Program-made: the position numbers and the translations under genes
Shown here: positions 25,893 to 32,000 of the stretch, one piece after another
How the letters are laid out: each line of letters opens with the position of its first letter
Numbering within the stretch: position 1 is the stretch's first letter
Assembly (NCBI RefSeq): GCF_008065095.1
Contig: NZ_CP042911.1
Coordinates: 660,001 to 692,000 of the forward strand
Direction: 5' to 3'
DNA from: Gemmata obscuriglobus
GTDB taxonomy: Bacteria > Planctomycetota > Planctomycetia > Gemmatales > Gemmataceae
Length of the DNA stretch: 32,000 bases
Notes under the pieces: generated by a model
What the model was told of the DNA's origin: nothing
Database searches by the model: none
What the model saw: the letters and a program-made list of their open reading frames with translations, nothing else

Positions 25893-28800
25893 ACCATGTC
25901 CGGGTTCGGGTTCCGCACCCGCGGCAGGTAGCTCGTGCGCGGCTTCGTGTTCAGCTCGCCGAGCAGCAGGTAGTCCGCGTCCTTCGCCTTCAGCTTGCTC
26001 ACCCGGCTGTGCGGGTCGAGCATGTTGCCGAAGGTGATCGCCCGCGTGGGGCACGCGGCCTCGCACGCGGTCACGATGACGCCGTCGGGCACGATCACGC
26101 GGCCCTGCGCGTCGAGGTCGTAGCCCGCCGCCGCCGGGTACTTCGGCCGGCGGTAGCCCGACGCCGCTGCGCCCGGCTTCAGCGTCTCGCCGAGCTCAAT
26201 CGTGCGCCGGCCCTGCGCCACCTCGGCGGCGGCGATCTTCGCCCCGTACTTGCCGCGCTCGATCCGCTGCTGGCAGTAAGTGCATTTTTCCATCACCCCG
26301 CGCATCCGCACGGTCACGTCGGGGTTCTTCTGCATCTTCAGCGTCTCGGGCACGCCGCTGTCGGTGAAGCTGGCGCCGCCGCTCGCCAGCGGGGTCGGGA
26401 CGCGAAGTTCGTCCAGCCGCCGCTTGTTGAAGTCGAACCAGTTGAACCGCCGGACCTTGTACGGGCACGCGTTCGAGCAGTACCGGGTGCCGATGCACCG
26501 GTTGTAGACCTGGAGGTTCAGGCCCTCGGGGCTGTGGACCGCGGCGTTCACCGGGCACACCTGCTCGCACGGCGCGGCCTCGCAGTGGACGCACGCGAGC
26601 GGCTGCGAGACCACCCGCGGGTCGGCGTCGGCGGTCTCGCCGTCCTGCGCCGAGAAGTACCGGTCGATGCGGATCCAGTGCATCTCACGGTTGCGCTTCA
26701 CCTCGTGCTTGCCCACGACCGGGATGTTGTTCTCCGCCTGGCACGCGATCACGCACGCCGAGCAGCCGGTGCAGGCCGACAGGTCGAACACCATGCCCCA
26801 CTGGAACTGGCTGTCCAGCAGCTCCGGGCGGGCGAGGTCGAGCGGGAACCGCTCCTGCTTCTCCTTGGCGGGCGCCGGCGGTTGCTGCTTGTTCCCGTAG
26901 CCCCCCTGGAACTGCTTCTTGAGCGCCTCTTTGGTCAGGTGCCCGTCCGGCGCGAGGCCGAGCTTCGGCCCGTGCCCGCCGGGGTGCTGGTGTTCGTGCT
27001 TGTGCGCGTTGCCAGTGACGCCATGATCGGCGTGCGCGATCGTCTCGCGGACGATGTCGCGGCCCTCGGGGATGACGCCGTGCTCCTGCGTGACGACGAG
27101 GTCCGCCGTGCGCCCGGTCTTTTTGAGCTTCACCCCGGTGACGGTGTGGAGCGCGTCGGACGTGCGGAACGGGAACACGTTCGTGCCGCCGCCGTCGGGC
27201 ACGTGTGCGATGCGCATCTCGCCGAAGTGCCCGAAGCTCAGCGCGACGGAGCGGTCCGCCTGCCCCGGCGCCACGAACACCGGCACCTCCAGGGCGCGGC
27301 CGTCGCGGTCGAGCCGCACCACGTCGCCGGTGGACAGGCCGAACTCGCGCGCGGTCGCGGGGCTTACAAGCGCCGCGTTGTCCCACACCAGCTTCGTGAT
27401 CGGGTCCGGCAGCTCCTGGAGCCACGGGTTCATCGCGCCGCGGCCGTCGTGCAGCGCGTAGGACGGGTGGAACGTGACTTCCAGTGCGTCCTTGCTCGGC
27501 GCCGCCGGGATCTGGAGTGCGGCGAGCGCGCCGGCGACGTTCGCCTTGTTCGCCGTCACGCTCTTGGGCTTGGGCGCCTTCTCGTCGGCCTTCGCGAACC
27601 CGAGCGCCTTTGCCTTTTCGGCGTCGATCGGGAAGAAGCCGACCTGCTTGTACCGGTTGAACTCGGTGTCGAAGTTCGGCGCGGTCGGCGCGATCCCGCT
27701 CCGGTCGCCGAACGCCTTGCGGACGTAGTGGTAACCGGCCTTCTGGGCCGCGAATAACGATCCAACGGGTTTCCCGTCGGCGCCGGGGGCTTGCGCGAGC
27801 AGGGCCAGCACTTCGAGCACCGTGCGCCCGCCCCGCGCCGGCGGGGCCGCGTCGTCGGCCGAACTCTTACCGCTGTTCAGTGGCGCGATCAGCGGTTGCA
27901 CGCAGCACAGTGAGCCGTCGCCCGCCTCGGCATCGCCCCAGCTCTCCAGCGGGTGCGAAAGCGGCAGGTGCCAGTCGCACAGCTCCGAGGTGTGGTCGTA
28001 GTAGAGCCCCAGCCGGAGCTTCTTCGCGACCTTTGCCAACCCCTCCGCGAACTTCAGGTCGGCGGGGGCGCTGAACGCCGGGTTGCCGCCGACAACGAGT
28101 AGCGTGTTCAACTGCCCCGCGGCCATCGCGGTCGTGAGTTCCGCGAGCGTCTTGTCGGTGTGTTCGGGCGGCGCGGCGCGGAACTCGGCGAGCCCCGCGG
28201 CGTAGTTGCCGAGGGCCTCGTTCACCGCGTGCGCGAGGGCGTGAACCCAGGCCGGCTGGCGCGGGCCGACCACGACGAGCCCGCGCCCCGCGTGCCCGGC
28301 AACGTCCTTCGCGACGGATGTGACCCACTTCTCAGGAAACTCGGGCGTCGCCGGGAAGCTGTCTGGCAACGCGTCCGGCTTCTTGAGCGCCTTTGCGTGT
28401 GCGGTCTTCAACTCCTTTGCGAGGGCAAGAAGGTACGCGCCAATCTGCGACGCCGCGAGGCGCAGCCGGTGATCGGCCATCGTGCCCGTAACCGTGTACG
28501 TCGATTCCACGACGTACAGCCGGTTCATGTGCGCTTCGTCTTGGCGCTTGGCCGCGAACCCGCGTGATTGGTAAACGTGGTCGCCCTCGTTGCCGAGGAA
28601 GTCGCCGTCGAGCGCAAGGACGAGGTCCGCGCGGTCGAAGCGGTACCGCGCGACGAGCTTCGCCCCGAACGCGATCTCCGCGCCCTTCAGCGCCTCGCCG
28701 GTGTCGGCGGCCTCATAGCTGTACCACGCAGCTTGCGGGAGCTTCCCCTTGAGTGCCTCGCGCAAGGCCCGGAGCGAAGGCGAAGGGACCTGCTCCGTCA

Positions 28801-29380
28801 GGATCGCGAACCCCTTACCCTTCTCCGCCAGAAGGCTCTCGGTCGTGGCGCGGGCGAAGCGGTCGAAGTCCTCCCACTTGCGCGGCGCCTTGCCCTCCAT
28901 GACGCCGGGGCACTTCTCCGACATCAGCCGGTCGGGGCTGTAGAGGTCGTACACCGTCGCCTGCGCCTGCGCGTCGGTGCTCCCCAGGCTGCACGGGTGC
29001 TGCGGGTTCCCTTCGACCTTGGTAGGGCGCCCGTCGTGGCTCTCGATCAGGACCGGCAGCGCGCCGGCGGGGCGCGGGAGGCTCGTCGCGTAGAACGTCG
29101 GCTTGCCGGGCACGGCGTGGCCGATCTGGTCGTCCGGAACGGCCGAGAACGGGAGGATCTGGATGTCCGGCCGGCGGCACCCGGCTAGCGTTGCGGCGCT
29201 CAGGGTGGCTGCGGACAACGCGAGGAACTTGCGGCGGTTGAGACCCGCTTCCGCGGGGTTATCGTCGAGCGGCTCCGCCTCGCCCGTGAACTCGAACACG
29301 TTCGCGAAGCCGGGGAACTCCGGGGCCGGCGCGCCGGGCCGGCGTTCGGAGCTGCGGGGGTAGTCGGTTCGCTCGGTCAT
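25889..29380 (-). CDS. actB: Alternative complex III subunit ActB (molybdopterin-oxidoreductase-like domain plus 4Fe-4S ferredoxin domain)
   Basis: 1163 aa. The twin-arginine signal NRRKFLALSAATLSAATLAGC also contains a lipobox-like LAGC. A large MopB-like N-terminal region is followed by Fe-S motifs: CTGCSACVIACQAENN, CVHCEAAPCEQVCPVNA, CIGTRYCSNACPYKVRRFNW, CTYCQQRI and CEAACPTRAITFG. Confidence 0.9.
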   Translation of the reverse strand: MTERTDYPRSSERRPGAPAPEFPGFANVFEFTGEAEPLDDNPAEAGLNRRKFLALSAATLSAATLAGCRRPDIQILPFSAVPDDQIGHAVPGKPTFYATSLPRPAGALPVLIESHDGRPTKVEGNPQHPCSLGSTDAQAQATVYDLYSPDRLMSEKCPGVMEGKAPRKWEDFDRFARATTESLLAEKGKGFAILTEQVPSPSLRALREALKGKLPQAAWYSYEAADTGEALKGAEIAFGAKLVARYRFDRADLVLALDGDFLGNEGDHVYQSRGFAAKRQDEAHMNRLYVVESTYTVTGTMADHRLRLAASQIGAYLLALAKELKTAHAKALKKPDALPDSFPATPEFPEKWVTSVAKDVAGHAGRGLVVVGPRQPAWVHALAHAVNEALGNYAAGLAEFRAAPPEHTDKTLAELTTAMAAGQLNTLLVVGGNPAFSAPADLKFAEGLAKVAKKLRLGLYYDHTSELCDWHLPLSHPLESWGDAEAGDGSLCCVQPLIAPLNSGKSSADDAAPPARGGRTVLEVLALLAQAPGADGKPVGSLFAAQKAGYHYVRKAFGDRSGIAPTAPNFDTEFNRYKQVGFFPIDAEKAKALGFAKADEKAPKPKSVTANKANVAGALAALQIPAAPSKDALEVTFHPSYALHDGRGAMNPWLQELPDPITKLVWDNAALVSPATAREFGLSTGDVVRLDRDGRALEVPVFVAPGQADRSVALSFGHFGEMRIAHVPDGGGTNVFPFRTSDALHTVTGVKLKKTGRTADLVVTQEHGVIPEGRDIVRETIAHADHGVTGNAHKHEHQHPGGHGPKLGLAPDGHLTKEALKKQFQGGYGNKQQPPAPAKEKQERFPLDLARPELLDSQFQWGMVFDLSACTGCSACVIACQAENNIPVVGKHEVKRNREMHWIRIDRYFSAQDGETADADPRVVSQPLACVHCEAAPCEQVCPVNAAVHSPEGLNLQVYNRCIGTRYCSNACPYKVRRFNWFDFNKRRLDELRVPTPLASGGASFTDSGVPETLKMQKNPDVTVRMRGVMEKCTYCQQRIERGKYGAKIAAAEVAQGRRTIELGETLKPGAAASGYRRPKYPAAAGYDLDAQGRVIVPDGVIVTACEAACPTRAITFGNMLDPHSRVSKLKAKDADYLLLGELNTKPRTSYLPRVRNPNPDMV

Positions 29381-29388
29381 GTGCTCGT

Positions 29389-29455
29389 GAGCGGCGCGGC
29401 GTAGAGCCCGCCGGTTTGGGTCCGACGCACCGGCGGGCTCTACGCCGCGCCGCTC
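29389..29455. repeat. Perfect 27-bp stem / 13-nt loop hairpin filling the actA-actB intercistronic gap
   Basis: gagcggcgcggcgtagagcccgccggt-ttgggtccgacgc-accggcgggctctacgccgcgccgctc. It occupies 67 of the 82 nt between the actA stop (29463) and the actB start (29380). Confidence 0.85.
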
Positions 29456-29462
29456 GCCTCAC

Positions 29463-30128
29463 TTACCGGTGACACGCCTGACAGTGCATCGGCGGGGCGA
29501 CCTGAAGTTCCTTCTGGATCGCGGCGCCGATCTCGTTCACCGTCTTACCGGGCGGTGGCTTCCAGCTCAGGTTCGTCACGTCCTTCACGTCGCGCAGGTG
29601 CGCGTGCGGGTCGGCGTGGCACTGGAGGCACCAGCCCATCGTGAGCGGCTTGTCGTGCCGCACCACCGGCATCTCGTTCACCTGCCCGTGGCACGACACA
29701 CACGACACGCCCTTGTTCACGTGAACGGCGTGGTTGAAGTACGAGTACTCCGGCAGCTTGTGGACCCGCTTCCACTCCACCGGGCGGCCGGTGTCGTAGC
29801 TGTTGCGCACCGGGGCCAGCAGCGGGCTGGCGCCCTTCACGTTCGCCTTCTTCGGGTTGTGGCAGTTCATGCACGTCTGTGCCGCGGGCACGCTGGCGTG
29901 CGGCGAGTCCCACACGGACTGGTGGCAGTACGCGCAGTCCATCCCGAGCTTGCCGGCGTGCAGCTCGTGCGAGAACGGCACCGGCTGCTCGGGGGTGTAG
30001 CCGACCCGCGTGTAGCTCGGCAGCGCGTAGTAGTACCACCCGGTCGCGACGAGCGCGGCAGCCACCGCCAGACCAATAGCGCCCTGGCGGACGTAACCGT
30101 CGAGTGATCGCGGGAAGATCGCAGGCAC
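29463..30128 (-). CDS. actA: Alternative complex III pentaheme cytochrome c subunit ActA
   Basis: 221 aa with a GTG start and GGAGG 7 nt upstream. It has an N-terminal TM anchor and five CxxCH motifs: CAYCH, CMNCH, CVSCH, CLQCH and CQACH. Confidence 0.9.
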   Translation of the reverse strand: MPAIFPRSLDGYVRQGAIGLAVAAALVATGWYYYALPSYTRVGYTPEQPVPFSHELHAGKLGMDCAYCHQSVWDSPHASVPAAQTCMNCHNPKKANVKGASPLLAPVRNSYDTGRPVEWKRVHKLPEYSYFNHAVHVNKGVSCVSCHGQVNEMPVVRHDKPLTMGWCLQCHADPHAHLRDVKDVTNLSWKPPPGKTVNEIGAAIQKELQVAPPMHCQACHR

Positions 30129-30174
30129 GCACTCGCCTCCGCCGGGGCGACCGACACGGGCCGCCCTCGCGACT

Positions 30175-30192
30175 TTGTGAAAAGTTTCACAA
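30175..30192. promoter_or_regulatory. CRP/FNR-family operator-like palindrome upstream of actA
   Basis: TTGTGAAAAGTTTCACAA contains a perfect TGTGA-N6-TCACA (30176-30191) with 8-nt perfect arms. Its centre lies about 55 nt upstream of the actA GTG, in the only sizeable gap (133 nt) ahead of the 16.6-kb cluster. A second small palindrome, GTAGC-gttat-GCTAC, follows at 30194-30208. Confidence 0.55.
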
Positions 30193-30261
30193 GTGTAGCG
30201 TTATGCTACGGAACCTGAGTGTACGGCGGCAAGAAACGGGTGCGAGAAAAATTTGCCCGGA

Positions 30262-31248
30262 TCAGTCCGGGCCGCGCACCGCCGGTTTCACCGTCGCAAC
30301 GAAGAACTCGCGGAGCCGCGCCAGCGCTTCGGGCGCGATCGGCGGCAGGCCGCTGGCGGCGGCGTTCGCTTCGGCCTGCGCGCGGTTCCGGGCGCCCGGG
30401 ATGATCGTCGTGACCGCGGGGTGGTCCAGGCACCAGCGCAGCGCGAGCTGCGGCAGCGTGTAACCGGCGGGCACGAGCGGCTTCAGCTTCTCCACCATGT
30501 CCAGCCCGGTCTCGAAGCCGAGCCCGGCGAACGTCTCGCCGACGTTGAACTTCTCGCCGTTGCGGTTGATGGTGCGGTGGTCGTTCGGCCCGAAGGTGGT
30601 TCGCGGCGTGTACTTCCCGGCCAGGAGCCCGGAGGCGAGCGGGAGCCGCACGATGATCGCCACGCCCCGCCGCCGGCACCGGTCGAGCAAGCCGCTGGTC
30701 TCCGGCGTTTGCCGGAAGATGTTGAAGATGATTTGCAGCGACGCGCAGTCCGGCTGCTTCAGGCACTCCTCGGCCTCGGCGACCGACTCCACACTGGCCC
30801 CGAACCGGGCGATCTTCCCCTCTTGTTTGAGCCCGCGCAGGGTGTCCCACACCTCGGCGCGTTTCAGTTGCTCCATCGGCAGGCAGTGGAGCTGCGTGAG
30901 GTCGAGGCGCTCGACCCCGAGCCGCTTGAGCGAGTTCTCGGTGTGCTCGCGGATCGTCTTCGGCTCGAAGTTGGTGGGCCACCCAGGGCGCGGGAACCGG
31001 CCGAACTTCGATGCGACGAAGAACCGGTCGCGCGGGTACCCCGTGAGGAACCGGCCGATGAGTTCCTCGCTGCGCCCGGCCCCGTACACGTCGGCGGTGT
31101 CGAGGAACGTGACGCCCGTGTCGGCCGACGCCCGCAGCACCTCAATCGCGTCGGCCTCGGCCACGTCGCCCCACTGGTCGCCGCCGATCTGCCAGCACCC
31201 GAGCCCCACTTCCGATACGGAGGCCCCGTCGAAATCACGGTGCGTCAT
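30262..31248 (-). CDS. Aldo/keto reductase family oxidoreductase
   Basis: Internal ATG 31248 of ORF 30262..31512; 328 aa. Motifs present are VSEVGLGCWQIGGDQWG, GVTFLDTADVYGAGRSEELIGRFL, LDLTQLH and TTIIPGARN. Confidence 0.85.
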   Translation of the reverse strand: MTHRDFDGASVSEVGLGCWQIGGDQWGDVAEADAIEVLRASADTGVTFLDTADVYGAGRSEELIGRFLTGYPRDRFFVASKFGRFPRPGWPTNFEPKTIREHTENSLKRLGVERLDLTQLHCLPMEQLKRAEVWDTLRGLKQEGKIARFGASVESVAEAEECLKQPDCASLQIIFNIFRQTPETSGLLDRCRRRGVAIIVRLPLASGLLAGKYTPRTTFGPNDHRTINRNGEKFNVGETFAGLGFETGLDMVEKLKPLVPAGYTLPQLALRWCLDHPAVTTIIPGARNRAQAEANAAASGLPPIAPEALARLREFFVATVKPAVRGPD

Positions 31249-31283
31249 GACTGCCTTTCGTCTAAATGAGCGGGCGCCCGCGG

Positions 31284-31391
31284 TCACGGCTTGCCGATGA
31301 ACCCGAACAGCAGGAACGGTGTTACGATGATGAGCGGCACCCCAAAAATGGTGAACAGCACGAGCCCGGCGTGCCTGGCGAGCTTGTTCAT
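31284..31391 (-). CDS. Candidate 35-aa hydrophobic micro-protein
   Basis: Hand-translated: MNKLARHAGLVLFTIFGVPLIIVTPFLLFGFIGKP, then a stop. GGAAGGGG lies about 8 nt upstream of the ATG, and third positions are mostly G/C. It falls below the size cutoff of the ORF track. Confidence 0.35.
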   Translation of the reverse strand: MNKLARHAGLVLFTIFGVPLIIVTPFLLFGFIGKP

Positions 31392-31571
31392 ATCGACCCC
31401 TTCCGCGTAAAGAGCGTGTGTTCAAAACGATACGAAGTCGGTCGCGGCGCGGCCGCGAGCCGCCCTGCCCTTGCGCGCCGGGAGCGAATTGATGCCGGGC
31501 GCCGTCCGTCACGCTTTACAACAGATCAGGACGGACCATAGCATTCGCCAACGTGAACCGGAGAGCGACAC

Positions 31572-32000
31572 ATGACGCACAACGCGGTCTCGGCGGTGCT
31601 GGAACCCGACGACCTGCTCGCAATGCCGGGCGGGGATCGCTACGAACTGATCGACGGTCGTCTCAAGGGGAAGGAGACGGGCGCTGAGTCGGACAAGGTG
31701 GCCCTTCGGATCGGGGGATTGCTGGACCAGTTCTGCGTGCGAACCAAAAGCGGCATCGCGTTCGGCTCACAAACCGGGTTCCGGTGCTTCCCTAAACAGC
31801 CGAAGCTGGCCCGTAAGCCGGACGCCGCTGTCATCGTCGCGGGGCGCCTGCCGGACGACAAATGGCCGAAAGGCGATATCGCGCTGGTGCCCGACTTGGT
31901 CGTCGAAGCGGTGTCCACGCACGACACCTACGAAGAAGTGGCCGTAAAGGTCACCGAGTTCAAATCGGTCGGCGTGAAACTGATCTGGGTCATCAGCCCC
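31572..32000 (+). CDS. Uma2-family (DUF820) putative endonuclease, N-terminal 143 codons; continues past the right edge
   Basis: Hand translation from ATG 31572 (GGAGAG upstream) gives MTHNAVSAVLEPDDLLAMPGGDRYELIDGRLKGKETGAESDKVALRIGGLL...RKPDAAVIVAGRL...LVPDLVVEAVSTHDTYEEVAVKVTEFKSVGVKLIWVISP. This has the canonical Uma2 layout (YELIdG, PD..., E.xS, K...Y...GV). Confidence 0.8.
   Translation, partial: MTHNAVSAVLEPDDLLAMPGGDRYELIDGRLKGKETGAESDKVALRIGGLLDQFCVRTKSGIAFGSQTGFRCFPKQPKLARKPDAAVIVAGRLPDDKWPKGDIALVPDLVVEAVSTHDTYEEVAVKVTEFKSVGVKLIWVISP

Overview
This is a high-GC (roughly two-thirds G+C by eye) bacterial chromosomal window. Two DUF1559 / H-X9-DG pseudopilin-like genes, Uma2-family endonucleases and abundant G/C-rich palindromic repeats suggest a Planctomycetes (Gemmataceae-like) genome; that assignment is inference only.

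Most of the content is housekeeping or metabolic:
- partial type III glutamine synthetase
- an orphan ParA-family ATPase
- a Gfo/Idh/MocA oxidoreductase
- a family III CoA-transferase divergent from an AraC regulator
- a secreted TPR protein
- a lipoprotein D-aminoacylase-like amidohydrolase
- a TauE/SafE permease
- an aldo/keto reductase

The dominant feature is one co-directional minus-strand respiratory supercluster of about 16.6 kb (13554-30128). Its order is actA, actB, orf126, actC-actD fusion, actE, actF, orf128, ccoS-like, ccoN, ccoO, a monoheme cytochrome c, and ccoI. It is preceded by a perfect CRP/FNR-type palindrome, TGTGA-N6-TCACA.

The most unusual observations all concern this cluster:
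1. It is interrupted by large, near-perfect palindromic (REP/MITE-like) elements at the cistron junctions.
2. One ~210-nt palindrome lies inside the ccoI reading frame. There it is translated as a Pro/Gly-rich linker joining the Cu-ATPase to an uncharacterised 6-TM Cys/Met-rich domain.
3. Two small membrane ORFs are start/stop-coupled into the operon.

Other oddities are a Uma2 gene with no in-frame stop and an ~44% GC island in a ~900-bp gene-free gap. I found no rRNA, tRNA, CRISPR array, transposase or recognisable defence system. All homology calls come from reading the supplied translations or hand translation; no database searches were run.
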